From an uncultured Nitrosomonadales bacterium (GTDB taxonomy: Bacteria > Pseudomonadota > Gammaproteobacteria > Burkholderiales > Gallionellaceae), in the NCBI GenBank assembly GCA_903878125.1, contig CAIRGS010000153.1, positions 181 to 64,180 of the forward strand: a stretch of 64,000 nucleotides of DNA, read 5' to 3'. A program made the translations under genes and the position numbers. Shown here piece after piece: positions 40,746-50,725 of this stretch. Position 1 is the stretch's first letter; every line of letters starts with the position of its first letter. Under the pieces are notes generated by a model. That model had not been told where the DNA came from and did not search any database. It worked only from the letters and a program-made list of their open reading frames with translations.

Positions 40746-41669
40746 ATGATGATATTGCAGAAACCTGTTATTTTGCTATTCGGCAAGAATGGCCAAGTCG
40801 GCTTCGAGTTGCAAAGAGCATTGTCGCCGTTTGGCGTGGTGCATGCCTTCGGCCGACAAGATTGCGATTTGGCTGATTTGTCACAAGTAAAAGAAATTGT
40901 GCGTCAGCTGCGGCCCGATATTATTGTGAATGCTTCGGCTTACACCGCAGTAGATAAAGCCGAAAGCGAACCACAGACCGCTTACCTGATTAATTCCGCT
41001 TTACCCAGCGTGCTCGCAGAAGAGGCCATATCTATAGGCGCACTGATCGTGCATTATTCGACCGATTATGTGTTCGATGGTATGCAACCCGGGTGGTATG
41101 TAGAAGACGATATCCCAAACCCGCAATCGGTTTATGGTGCAAGCAAACTAGCGGGCGAGAGTGGTATTGCAGCGACTGGTTGCCACAATTTGATATTCCG
41201 AACCAGTTGGGTATTCGGCGCACATGGTGGCAATTTTGCCAAGACGATTCTTAGGCTTGCTAAAGAACGCGAATCGCTTAGTGTAATAGCGGATCAGCAT
41301 GGTGCTCCGACATCAGCGCATTTAATTGCGGATGTTACCGCCCAGGTTATTGTTCAGTATTGGAATGAGGTACATCGAGAAAGCTTTCCCTATGGCATCT
41401 ATCATTTAGTTGCTGCCGGTGAAACAACTTGGTACGAGTATGCCAAATACGTCATTGCTTACGCTGAAAAGACGGGAATCGCATTACGGTTAAAATCGAG
41501 TGCAATTGAAGCAATTCCCAGCATTAACTATCCATTGCCTGCACCACGCCCATCCAATTCCAAGCTTGATAGTGGGAAACTGCGGAAAACGTTTGGTCTG
41601 ATTCTCCCGGATTGGCGCCAAGACATGGCGCATGTATTGGCGAAAATTATTACGGATCAAGCATCATGA
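40746..41669 (+). CDS. rmlD: dTDP-4-dehydrorhamnose reductase
   Basis: 307 aa with ILLFGKNGQVGFEL (Rossmann), YGASKLAGE (YxxxK) and ...RTSWVFG... No other rml genes are adjacent. Confidence 0.85.
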   Translation: MMILQKPVILLFGKNGQVGFELQRALSPFGVVHAFGRQDCDLADLSQVKEIVRQLRPDIIVNASAYTAVDKAESEPQTAYLINSALPSVLAEEAISIGALIVHYSTDYVFDGMQPGWYVEDDIPNPQSVYGASKLAGESGIAATGCHNLIFRTSWVFGAHGGNFAKTILRLAKERESLSVIADQHGAPTSAHLIADVTAQVIVQYWNEVHRESFPYGIYHLVAAGETTWYEYAKYVIAYAEKTGIALRLKSSAIEAIPSINYPLPAPRPSNSKLDSGKLRKTFGLILPDWRQDMAHVLAKIITDQAS

Positions 41670-41690
41670 CCACAATCGCCAAGCGCTAAA

Positions 41691-42182
41691 TTATTCACCT
41701 GAGCGCACTAAGCGCACCCGATAGCCGGCACTGTTATGCTCCGAGCCATAGTCCACGTAGCCATAATCGAAATTGACTCCCCAAGCATAAGAAGACTCGC
41801 CTGCCGCGGGCGGAGCCGACCAGAACGGAGATCCAGGCGTTTCCGGAAAGGCTGCCGTATCAATCGCCGGGTTACAGCGGGTTTGATCCACAATGCTTAA
41901 CAGCTCCTGTAAACTGGGGAGACGCCAGGGTGTGCCACTGGTTAATGCTTCGTTTTTAGCCCAGCTCTGTGCCTGATCCGAGCTATAAGCGGTTGCGTTC
42001 CCACTGCAGCCATTGGTTATGATCTTCATGCCTTCTGCACAGCGCCGCCAAATCAGACCAGTAGTGCTGTCAGTGACTTCATTGCCGTCCGTCGAAATTA
42101 CATATCGGCCTTGGGTTTGCACATCTGGGTCGCCTGGGTCAGCCACTAAGTCTGCCAGCGACAGGGGAGAAACGGTTTTCAT
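41691..42182 (-). CDS. DUF1566 (Lcl C-terminal-like) domain protein, no signal peptide (paralog 1)
   Basis: AGGAG is 7 nt before ATG 42182. MKTVSPLSLADLVADPGDPDV...TTGLIWRRC...WRLPSLQELLSIVD...FWSA...YAWGVNF...RVRLVRSG shows the DUF1566 pattern (TGL.W, WRLP..EL..L, W.S, vR.VR). The longer ORF to 42332 has no support. Confidence 0.7.
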   Translation of the reverse strand: MKTVSPLSLADLVADPGDPDVQTQGRYVISTDGNEVTDSTTGLIWRRCAEGMKIITNGCSGNATAYSSDQAQSWAKNEALTSGTPWRLPSLQELLSIVDQTRCNPAIDTAAFPETPGSPFWSAPPAAGESSYAWGVNFDYGYVDYGSEHNSAGYRVRLVRSGE

Positions 42183-42524
42183 GATCATGCTCCTGAAGTT
42201 AATTAAAGTAGATTCGCACATCCTAACTCTGGCTATATGAAAAATTAAAAACAACGTTTCATTATATTTAATTTTGATCAATGTTGTCTTCCGATTTTCC
42301 TTCTGGAGGCCGCCATGAACATTGGAAAACACTATTCACCCAGCTCATGAACTTCCTCCTCCGAAGAGGACATTACTACTTGGGGCTAACAAAATATGTG
42401 CAAGCACTTCACATCTTGTCTTTTTTTAGTTAGGATGCACCCCTAACTTCTGTAGCGCACCTTCACTCAGCTTCACATTAAATCAATTATATTTTTACCT
42501 TCTACTTATAAAGCGAGATTTTTC

Positions 42525-42851
42525 ATGAGTGAGCACATTCATTATGTTACCGATTCAACCTTTGCTGCCGAAGTCCTCCAAGCACCATTACCAGTACTGG
42601 TAGACTATTGGGCAGAATGGTGCGGCCCATGCCGCAGTATCGCTCCGATTCTGGAAGAAATCGCCAAGGAATACGCCGGGCGCATGACCGTAGCCAAAAT
42701 GAATGTAGATGAAAACCAGCAAACTCCACAGAAATACGGTGTCCGTGGCATTCCTACGCTGATGCTGTTCAAGAACGGAAATATCGAAGAAACCAAAGTC
42801 GGCGCGTTATCTAAATCGCAGCTCACCGTATTTATTGACAGCCATATTTAA
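42525..42851 (+). CDS. trxA: thioredoxin 1
   Basis: 108 aa with WAEWCGPCR and ...[14 protein letters not shown]... Confidence 0.95.
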   Translation: MSEHIHYVTDSTFAAEVLQAPLPVLVDYWAEWCGPCRSIAPILEEIAKEYAGRMTVAKMNVDENQQTPQKYGVRGIPTLMLFKNGNIEETKVGALSKSQLTVFIDSHI

Positions 42852-42929
42852 ATCATTTAATCTTAGTTTGTAAGTGTCTTGTTTCGTTAGATCCTGCTGC
42901 TCCATACTCTAAAAATCCTGATACTCACG

Positions 42930-43019
42930 ACAGTACATGCACGCGGCATCCCCGCACAATCCGTAATACCTCCCTAAGCAGTCTCCCTAAACTTCGTAAT
43001 TTCACCCATCCATCCCCAT
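42930..43019 (+). promoter_or_regulatory. C-rich, G-poor rho leader (rut-like; candidate autoregulatory attenuator)
   Basis: The ~90 nt before the rho ATG read ...catccccgcacaatccgtaatacctccctaagcagtctccctaaacttcgtaatttcacccatccatcccc. There are very few G and many C. Confidence 0.4.
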
Positions 43020-44276
43020 ATGCACTTATCCGACCTCAAGACCAAACACATCACCGAACTGGTGGCCATGGCAACAACAAACCAGATCGACAATGCCAAC
43101 CGCATGCGCAAGCAAGACCTGATTTTCGCCTTACTGAAAAATCAGGCAAAAAAGGGCGAGAGCATTTTCGGTGAAGGTACGCTGGAAGTGTTACCCGACG
43201 GATTTGGCTTTCTTCGCTCGCCGGATATTTCTTACTTGGCGGGGCCGGATGATATTTACGTTAGCCCAAGCCAAATCCGTCGTTTCAATCTGCATACCGG
43301 AGATTCGATCGAAGGCGAGATCCGCACTCCAAAAGAAGGGGAACGTTACGTCGCCTTAGTAAAGGTAGACAAGGTTAATTCCGAGGCTCCGGAAAATACC
43401 AAGAACAAGATACTGTTCGAAAACCTGACACCACTGTTCCCAACTAAGCAAATGACCCTGGAGCGAGACATCCGTGCCGAAGAAAACGTTACAGGTCGCA
43501 TTATTGATATCGTTGCTCCGATTGGTAAAGGTCAGCGCGGGTTGCTGGTAGCTTCGCCAAAATCTGGCAAGACCGTGATGTTGCAGCACATCGCCCATTC
43601 CATCGCGGCAAACAACCCGGATGCACATCTGATTGTTCTGCTGATCGACGAACGTCCCGAAGAGGTCACCGAAATGAGTCGCAGCGTGCGCGGTGAAGTA
43701 GTCGCATCTACCTTTGACGAGCCTGCCACGCGCCACGTCCAAGTCGCCGAAATGGTGCTCGAAAAAGCCAAGCGCCTGGTTGAACATAAGAAGGATGTGG
43801 TCATCCTTCTGGATTCCATCACTCGGCTGGCGCGTGCCTACAACACAGTTGTGCCATCTTCCGGCAAAGTGCTTACTGGCGGCGTTGATGCTAATGCCCT
43901 GCAGCGTCCCAAACGTTTTTTCGGAGCAGCCCGCAACATTGAAGAAGGCGGCTCACTGACCATTATCGCCACGGCACTAGTGGATACCGGTTCCCGCATG
44001 GATGATGTGATTTACGAAGAATTCAAAGGCACCGGTAATATGGAAATTCATCTTGACCGACGCATGGCAGAGAAACGCATCTATCCGGCCATTAACATCA
44101 ATCGTTCCGGTACACGCAGGGAAGAGTTGCTGATTAAATCGGATCTTTTGCCAAAAATTTGGGTTCTGCGCAAACTGCTCTATCCAATGGATGAATTGGA
44201 GTCCATGGAATTTCTACTGGATAAAATTAAAGCGACTAAGAACAACGCTGATTTTTTCGATTCAATGCGCCGCTAA
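43020..44276 (+). CDS. rho: transcription termination factor Rho
   Basis: 418 aa. [15 protein letters not shown]..., GFGFLR, Walker A ASPKSGKT, and ...[10 protein letters not shown]... Confidence 0.96.
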   Translation: MHLSDLKTKHITELVAMATTNQIDNANRMRKQDLIFALLKNQAKKGESIFGEGTLEVLPDGFGFLRSPDISYLAGPDDIYVSPSQIRRFNLHTGDSIEGEIRTPKEGERYVALVKVDKVNSEAPENTKNKILFENLTPLFPTKQMTLERDIRAEENVTGRIIDIVAPIGKGQRGLLVASPKSGKTVMLQHIAHSIAANNPDAHLIVLLIDERPEEVTEMSRSVRGEVVASTFDEPATRHVQVAEMVLEKAKRLVEHKKDVVILLDSITRLARAYNTVVPSSGKVLTGGVDANALQRPKRFFGAARNIEEGGSLTIIATALVDTGSRMDDVIYEEFKGTGNMEIHLDRRMAEKRIYPAININRSGTRREELLIKSDLLPKIWVLRKLLYPMDELESMEFLLDKIKATKNNADFFDSMRR

Positions 44277-44393
44277 AATTTCAACAGACTTAACCCAAGA
44301 AACTAATAAGACCTCATGTTGGCTCAGCAGAATCGAGGCCTCAAAAAAAGCCTCGAGTTAATTAATCCTGCACCAATATGGTAACTTTAATGT

Positions 44394-44425
44394 AATTGTT
44401 GGTCATCTTCTCATGACCAACAATT
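44394..44425. terminator. perfect 13-bp stem / 6-nt loop hairpin between the convergent rho and ATPase genes
   Basis: aattgttggtcat-cttctc-atgaccaacaatt lies 20 nt beyond the ATPase stop codon. There is no clear U-tract, so the function is inferred. A second hairpin tcgaggc-N10-gcctcga is at 44333-44356. Confidence 0.45.
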
Positions 44426-44444
44426 GAACTGGCCTGAAATCCGA

Positions 44445-45677
44445 TTAACGTTCTTCAGGCCTACTGAAGACTCTCTCCTTAGGCCGGGGGAAATTTGCTT
44501 TTACTTCTGCGGTGTCGCATAAATTACAGCCTTTGCGCAGATTATCTTCTTCCCGCTCTAATGCAAAAGTAGCCATCATTTTTGATGAATGGGTAGCCAA
44601 AACAATCGTCAATCCAGGGAATTGCTCCTGTGCCATTTTTTTAAGCTGGGAAAGAAGCCGTTGTTGCCACTCTTCATGTAAATGGGCTTCAGGTTCGTCA
44701 ATCAGCAAAATTGTGTTGCGCGTCATATATGCGCCGAGACGCACATACAATTGCACCAGACTTTTTTCCCCGTTGCCGAGTGTGTCGAGTCGATGCGGAT
44801 TTCCATTGCGCACGACTACAACCTCATGCGGATCTTTGCGAACATCCTTGATCGCGGTAACGGTACCGGCAAAAACTCGCTCATTAATCAATTTTACCGC
44901 ACGATCAAAACGTCCGTCATCAAGCCACTTCAACCAAACCAATAGGTTATCAAGCGAGTCACGCCAATCGCCGCTTTCTGAGCCAAAAGAATGTGCTGGC
45001 GCGTAATTCCAGTTTATAGGAGGAACAATGGCGCGATGCTGATCCGGATTAACTGGTGCAATGTTACGGTAGGCCGGAAAATAAATGACTGTGGGCCAGT
45101 CCAGTATGCTTTCTTCAAAGCCACCAATTTTCTCACCCGTGGCTGCATCAACACCTGAAATAAAGTTTGCAATCCATTTATCATGCAGGCCAATTGTCGA
45201 CCAAGCTTCAGCTTCATCGCGGCAGAAACCAAAACGATGCCACTGTTGCGCACCCACTTTACTCAGCGCTTCTTTGTCCCACTGACGCAAGCTATTTTCC
45301 GCCTCCAGCTGACCAGCAAGCAGGGACAACACGGCAACTCGTTCATGGCCATCTTCACTATAATGAATTCTGAAATCCAATTGCGCACGCCCCGGACCAC
45401 GATCCAGGTTATCCAGATTAAAGGGGGCGTCGATGCGGCGATTATGAGCTGCGGCTAAATCCTGCGGCTTGGTAAAGCCTGTCATTCCCACCAAGGCTGG
45501 AATCAGTTCCAATATCGTCGTCTTGCCTCGGCCATTTTTGGAATGGAGCATAAAGAAATTGCAAGACTCGCTATTCTTATCGGTGAAGTTTATCTCTTCC
45601 GGTTGTGTCTGGAATGGACCAATGCGGTCTATGGTCAGCCACAACGGCGTAAATTCATATATCTGGAAGTTGTCCAT
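44445..45677 (-). CDS. orphan ABC/SMC-type (AAA_21/AAA_23-like) ATPase
   Basis: 410 aa. Walker A HSKNGRGKTT, ABC-signature-like LGNGEKSL, Walker B TILLIDEPEAHLH, and H-loop VLATHSS. AAGGAG RBS. No nuclease or other effector domain, and no partner ORF. Confidence 0.75.
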   Translation of the reverse strand: MDNFQIYEFTPLWLTIDRIGPFQTQPEEINFTDKNSESCNFFMLHSKNGRGKTTILELIPALVGMTGFTKPQDLAAAHNRRIDAPFNLDNLDRGPGRAQLDFRIHYSEDGHERVAVLSLLAGQLEAENSLRQWDKEALSKVGAQQWHRFGFCRDEAEAWSTIGLHDKWIANFISGVDAATGEKIGGFEESILDWPTVIYFPAYRNIAPVNPDQHRAIVPPINWNYAPAHSFGSESGDWRDSLDNLLVWLKWLDDGRFDRAVKLINERVFAGTVTAIKDVRKDPHEVVVVRNGNPHRLDTLGNGEKSLVQLYVRLGAYMTRNTILLIDEPEAHLHEEWQQRLLSQLKKMAQEQFPGLTIVLATHSSKMMATFALEREEDNLRKGCNLCDTAEVKANFPRPKERVFSRPEER

Positions 45678-45992
45678 TGATTGTTTCTCCTTGTGGCGAT
45701 GGCCTGCACGATTTTGTAGTCATTCAGCAAGATGCCATGCACACGAGCTGTCGGTTGACCCAAGAGCCTCCAGCATTCGCCCGTTCACGGCAAGCTTTCC
45801 GTACCGGGCTCATGGAAAAACGAAAAATATTTTAGACTAAAGAGGATTGCTCAGTCAAGGAGAAGTCAGGTCAAATGCCAAGATGGATACAAGGATTGGA
45901 GAGGCATGTTTTTTAATATGCAGTCTCGCTGCAAAATGCAACCTTGAGTGACTAGGCTTTCATTGAATTGGATCGCAAATGGCTTGGAGATA

Positions 45993-46020
45993 CTTGAAAT
46001 TTCAACCATCTGCCCCATCT
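45993..46020 (+). promoter_or_regulatory. sigma-32 (RpoH) heat-shock promoter of clpB
   Basis: CTTGAAA (45993-45999), 13 nt, then CCCCATCT (46013-46020). This matches the E. coli sigma-32 consensus CTTGAAA-N13/14-CCCCATNT. It lies 34 nt upstream of the clpB ATG, with AAGGAG in between. Confidence 0.8.
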
Positions 46021-46053
46021 ATCAATTAATAATTTTTTTATTAAGGAGCCATT

Positions 46054-48633
46054 ATGCGAATTGACAAATTTACGACTAAGCTGCAACAGGCGCTGTCTGA
46101 TGCTCAGAGTTTAGCTGTTGGTAGTGACAATCAGTTCATTGAGCCGCAGCATTTACTGCTGGCATTACTCAACGATGCCGATAGTGGCGCGGCCTCATTA
46201 CTTGCACGCGCAGGTGGTAATGTAGTTCCTTTAAAAGAGGCGTTGACGCAAAGTGTAGGGCGCCTGACCAAGGTGGAAGGACACGGCGGTGAGGTGCAGG
46301 TGGGGCGTGATCTTGCTAACTTGTTTAACCTCGCCGACAAGCAGGCACAAAACCGGGGCGACCAATTCATCGCTTCAGAGATGTTTTTATTAGCTCTAAC
46401 AGAAGACAAGGGTGAATGCGGACGTCTATTGAAGCAGCAAGGTTTGGTCCGTGCGGCTTTGGAACAGGCTATCAATAAGGTGCGTGGTGGGCAAAACGTG
46501 GGTAGCCAGGAAGCTGAAGGTCAACGCGAGGCGCTGAAGAAATACACTCTGGACCTTACCGAGCGTGCCCGTCAAGGCAAGCTGGATCCGGTAATCGGAC
46601 GTGATGATGAGATCCGTCGCGCTATTCAAGTTCTGCAACGGCGCACCAAGAATAACCCGGTTTTGATTGGTGAACCGGGCGTGGGCAAAACCGCTATCGT
46701 GGAGGGTCTAGCGCAGCGTATTGTGAATGAAGAAGTGCCGGAATCTCTGAAGGGCAAGCGCGTGTTGTCACTTGATATGGCTGCGCTACTGGCCGGTGCG
46801 AAATATCGTGGCGAATTCGAAGAACGTCTGAAATCTGTGCTGAAGGAAATCGCCATGGAAGAAGGACGCATTATCGTATTTATTGACGAGCTGCATACCA
46901 TGGTCGGCGCGGGCAAGGCTGAAGGTGCAATGGATGCGGGCAACATGCTGAAACCAGCGCTGGCGCGCGGCGAACTGCATTGCATCGGCGCCACTACGCT
47001 GGATGAATACCGCAAATACATTGAGAAAGATGGCGCGCTAGAACGTCGTTTCCAAAAGGTGCTGGTAGATGAGCCAACAGTTGAAGCAACCATCGCTATT
47101 CTGCGCGGCTTGCAGGAAAAATATGAGTTGCACCACGGTGTGGAAATTACCGACCCGGCTATCGTGGCAGCGGCAGAATTGTCGCACCGCTACATTACCG
47201 ACCGTTTTTTGCCGGACAAGGCAATTGATCTGATAGACGAAGCCGCCGCGCGCATCAAGATGGAAATTGACTCCAAACCGGAAGTGATGGACAAACTTGA
47301 CCGTCGCCTGATTCAATTGAAAATTGAACGCGAAGCAGTGAAAAAGGAAAAGGACGAGGCATCAAAAAAACGCATGCAGCTTATCGAGGACGAAATTGTA
47401 AAGCTGTTGCGTGAATATGCCGACCTGGAAGAAATATGGAAAGCTGAGAAAGGCTCGGCACAAGGCACGGCACAGGTAAAGGAAGAAATCGAACGCGTAC
47501 GTGCCGAAATTATCCGGTTGCAGCGCGAAGGCAAGTTGGACAAAGTAGCCGAACTTCAATATGGCAAACTCCCACAACTCGAAGCGAAATTGAAAGAGGC
47601 GAATCAGGCTGAGGCAACCAAGCCTCAGAACCGTCTGCTGCGCACTCACGTTGGTGCGGAGGAAATTGCAGAAGTGGTAAGTCGTGCCACCGGCATTCCC
47701 GTTTCCAAGATGATGCAGGGCGAGCGTGACAAACTTCTGCAGATGGAATCCAAGTTGCACGAACGCGTGGTCGGACAGGACGAGGCCGTACGTTTGGTGT
47801 CGGACGCAATCCGTCGTTCGCGTTCTGGACTGGGGGATCCTAACCGCCCCTACGGATCCTTCCTGTTTTTAGGTCCCACTGGAGTGGGTAAGACTGAACT
47901 ATGCAAGGCGTTGGCTGGGTTTTTGTTCGATTCAGAAGATCACCTCATTCGCATCGACATGAGTGAGTATATGGAAAAGCATTCCGTGTCGCGTCTGATC
48001 GGTGCGCCGCCAGGCTATGTTGGTTACGAAGAGGGAGGAGGGCTTACCGAGGCCGTGCGACGCAAGCCGTATTCCGTCATATTGTTGGACGAAGTGGAGA
48101 AAGCGCACCCGGATGTATTCAACGTGCTTCTGCAAGTGCTGGATGATGGCCGCATGACTGACGGGCAGGGGCGTACCGTAGATTTCAAGAACACAGTGGT
48201 TGTAATGACCTCGAACCTTGGCAGTCAAATGATCCAACAGCTATCAGGCGATGATTACCAGGTCATCAAACTGGCTGTAATGGGCGAGGTAAAAAATTAT
48301 TTCCGTCCTGAATTCATCAACCGCATTGATGAAGTAGTGGTATTCCATGCGCTGGATGAGAAAAATATCAAGGCTATCGCGCGCATCCAGTTGGGTTATC
48401 TGGAAAATCGCCTGGCTGCAATGGATATGAAACTGGAAATTACCGATGCCGCTCTGGCGGAAATCGCCACCGCTGGTTTCGATCCTACTTATGGCGCCCG
48501 CCCACTTAAACGTGCCATCCAGTCACAACTGGAGAATCCACTCGCCAAACAGCTTCTGGAAGGCCGCTTCGCCGCTAAAGACACCATCAAGATTCATTGT
48601 TTGGGCGGGGTAATGAGGTTTGAAAAAGGCTAA
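46054..48633 (+). CDS. clpB: ATP-dependent chaperone/disaggregase ClpB
   Basis: 859 aa with a Clp_N, two AAA+ modules ([16 protein letters not shown]) and the long middle coiled-coil. Confidence 0.97.
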   Translation: MRIDKFTTKLQQALSDAQSLAVGSDNQFIEPQHLLLALLNDADSGAASLLARAGGNVVPLKEALTQSVGRLTKVEGHGGEVQVGRDLANLFNLADKQAQNRGDQFIASEMFLLALTEDKGECGRLLKQQGLVRAALEQAINKVRGGQNVGSQEAEGQREALKKYTLDLTERARQGKLDPVIGRDDEIRRAIQVLQRRTKNNPVLIGEPGVGKTAIVEGLAQRIVNEEVPESLKGKRVLSLDMAALLAGAKYRGEFEERLKSVLKEIAMEEGRIIVFIDELHTMVGAGKAEGAMDAGNMLKPALARGELHCIGATTLDEYRKYIEKDGALERRFQKVLVDEPTVEATIAILRGLQEKYELHHGVEITDPAIVAAAELSHRYITDRFLPDKAIDLIDEAAARIKMEIDSKPEVMDKLDRRLIQLKIEREAVKKEKDEASKKRMQLIEDEIVKLLREYADLEEIWKAEKGSAQGTAQVKEEIERVRAEIIRLQREGKLDKVAELQYGKLPQLEAKLKEANQAEATKPQNRLLRTHVGAEEIAEVVSRATGIPVSKMMQGERDKLLQMESKLHERVVGQDEAVRLVSDAIRRSRSGLGDPNRPYGSFLFLGPTGVGKTELCKALAGFLFDSEDHLIRIDMSEYMEKHSVSRLIGAPPGYVGYEEGGGLTEAVRRKPYSVILLDEVEKAHPDVFNVLLQVLDDGRMTDGQGRTVDFKNTVVVMTSNLGSQMIQQLSGDDYQVIKLAVMGEVKNYFRPEFINRIDEVVVFHALDEKNIKAIARIQLGYLENRLAAMDMKLEITDAALAEIATAGFDPTYGARPLKRAIQSQLENPLAKQLLEGRFAAKDTIKIHCLGGVMRFEKG

Positions 48634-48733
48634 AATCACATACACAGGCTAAACTCGTTTACTACTCTTCGGTTCGGTCATTGCTGCTCCTTTATGCTGG
48701 CAGTTTCCTGGCAAATGACCGTTCTTGGGAGCA

Positions 48734-49279
48734 TCATGGATAAACTGAATTCTCGACCGCCCCTGAAGCATCAATGGGAACGGCAAGCTGTCCCGTGCGC
48801 ACTAATCTTATCCGACCGCCATCACCGCGCTGGTGGAAATCCACTTTGCCATCGTAAAAACTGACTCCCCAAGCAAAGGACGAGTTATCCTTCGCAGGCT
48901 CAATCGACCAGAAATGCGCCGCTGGCGTTGGCCATTTCATTGGGAAAATAGCTGTATTAATCGCCGGATTCCTAACGCTTGTATCCACAATGCTTGACAG
49001 TTCATTTGCAAAGGGCAGACGCCAAGCCTTACCTGTGGACATCGCTTCATGTTTAGCCAAGACTAGCGCTTGGTCCCAAGTATAAGCGGCTGCGACCCCG
49101 GTACAGCCGGTGGCAGTCATCTGCATGCCCTCAGGGCAACGCCGCCAGATTCGACCAGTCTTGTTGTCAGTGACTTCGCTGCCATCCGCCGAGATTTCAA
49201 ATCGGGCCGGGATTCCCACATCAGGGTTGCTTGGTTTGACCTCAATGTCGCTCAGCGGCAAAGGGGGAATAGTGTGCAT
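48734..49279 (-). CDS. DUF1566 (Lcl C-terminal-like) domain protein, no signal peptide (paralog 2)
   Basis: MHTIPPLPLSDIEVKPSNPDV...KTGRIWRRC...WRLPFANELSSIVD...FWSI...FAWGVSF...RIRLVRTGQ is about half identical to the 41691-42182 product over the full length, with an extra ~18-aa tail. Confidence 0.7.
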   Translation of the reverse strand: MHTIPPLPLSDIEVKPSNPDVGIPARFEISADGSEVTDNKTGRIWRRCPEGMQMTATGCTGVAAAYTWDQALVLAKHEAMSTGKAWRLPFANELSSIVDTSVRNPAINTAIFPMKWPTPAAHFWSIEPAKDNSSFAWGVSFYDGKVDFHQRGDGGRIRLVRTGQLAVPIDASGAVENSVYP

Positions 49280-49546
49280 GATAATGGTCTCCGTAGATTG
49301 ATTGAGCTAGATTAAGTGCTTCATAAATTTACATGACGGTTGCCCATCATTTTATTTATCACAAAAAATTTTCAATGAGTAGTACGATTATTTATTTCTA
49401 TCAATAAATGAAATGCAATCGTACAGGGCACAACTATAAATCGATACGAATCCCGCCAGGTTCAAGTTTTTCTTGTTTCTTCAGGACGCCATCAAATTTC
49501 GATCTGCCATGTGAAATTGCAATCACATCCATCGATTGTCTGGTTT

Positions 49547-49957
49547 TTAAAATTCAAAAGTGGCAGTGTGTTCAATCAATGTCGAATAAATCCCGAAATC
49601 TTTAAAAACTGTCAGAGCGGCTTTCAAATCAGCAATAATTTCCGGTTTTTTTTCCTCTAATTCTTTTGGTAGATTCATTATAACCAGCCTCCAGTTTGCC
49701 CAACCTCTTGTACCCAGTACTTTTCCATTGCTAATCCGAAGCCGGACAAATATCAATGTTTCTTTCCAGTAAAAGGTGAAGTCGTGTTGATTCCTAAATT
49801 CGTCTTCACCTGACACAATCCATCGAAGGTAAATGTCATTCTCACGATCAATAGTCCAATCAGGCCGCGTATTCGATTTTTCATAACACCGGTCAATTTC
49901 CTCAAGTCCGTATTTCTTAATGTCCTCTTCTGGGACGTGTTCATTCACAAATGCCAT
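49547..49957 (-). CDS. hypothetical protein (136 aa), family not recognised
   Basis: A clean ORF in AT-rich DNA: MAFVNEHVPEEDIKKYGLEEIDRCYEKSNTRPDWTIDRENDIYLRW... No TM or signal peptide, and no motif I can name. Confidence 0.5.
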   Translation of the reverse strand: MAFVNEHVPEEDIKKYGLEEIDRCYEKSNTRPDWTIDRENDIYLRWIVSGEDEFRNQHDFTFYWKETLIFVRLRISNGKVLGTRGWANWRLVIMNLPKELEEKKPEIIADLKAALTVFKDFGIYSTLIEHTATFEF

Positions 49958-50200
49958 GGCTTTTCTCTCCTGTTCGTGTTGTGGTGTAAGTTGAATGGTT
50001 CTTGATGCATACCAATTCCTATGCTGCGCCCCTTAAACTTTTGAATCATGGTCTTGCGCATTGCCAGTGCTGCAATCACTTACGTGCAATCATGCATCCA
50101 ATAATATCATTCAACGATATGTATATGCATTTCTACATAGTCAATTGCAATATGCAATCTTTAAATTTTGGCAAATATTTAAAGCTATGCTGATATAAGG

Positions 50201-50725
50201 TGACGCCACGTAACTGGACAGTATTTTCCATTTCTTAAATGAAAAGCTCGCAGTTAATGCATACACAGTCGTAGGCGTAAATAGTAAACCTCTTCATATT
50301 TAACGCTGCGCCAGAGTCGTTCAACTGTGATTGCGATCTATCATCTCTTTACGCTCAGCAATCCCACCGTGCTAAGCGCCCCTTCTAAAATATCATTCTC
50401 CAGTGTCAATTGCCCAATCTTGGCGTGCATCACCTTAATATCGGATCCCGTCGACTTCGCCTTCTCCGTGTCGCTGAATCCAGTAATAGCTGCTTCCATT
50501 CGGAAACTTGAGTGGTATGAATTTCAAAGTCTTTAGCCAAATTCTTGGCTAGTGTTTTATCACCTTTGACCGCTGCCAAAGCTACTTTTACCTTGAATGA
50601 ATCCCAGCGCGTGATTCCTTCTCGTCCTTTTACAGCCACTTACGCCTCTGCTGGTCGTGCTCTGCACGGCTCTAGTTGAGCAAGATGATCACTTAACGGA
50701 CTGTCCGAATTTCCTAGGCTATCCC
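50201..50725 (-). mobile_element. IS3-family insertion sequence relic (frameshifted orfA fused to the extreme C-terminus of orfB; ~1 kb internally deleted)
   Basis: The minus strand encodes ...RWDSFKVKVALAAVKGDKTLAKNLAKDFEIHTTQVSEWKQLLL (HTH of IS3 OrfA). After a frameshift it encodes ...DIKVMHAKIGQLTLENDILEGALSTVGLLSVKR. Then come MIDRNHS (orfB start) and directly ERLWRSVKYEEVY (conserved orfB C-terminal motif). The ends are approximate. Confidence 0.65.

Noticed and set aside
50201-50725. An attempt to define the terminal inverted repeats and target-site duplication of the IS3 relic (tgacgccacgtaactggacagt at 50201 against ...ggactgtccgaatttcctagg at ~50699-50720).
   Set aside because: Only the 7-nt core GGACAGT/ACTGTCC is shared, and the flanking positions do not align. 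The ends are therefore left approximate, and no TSD is claimed.
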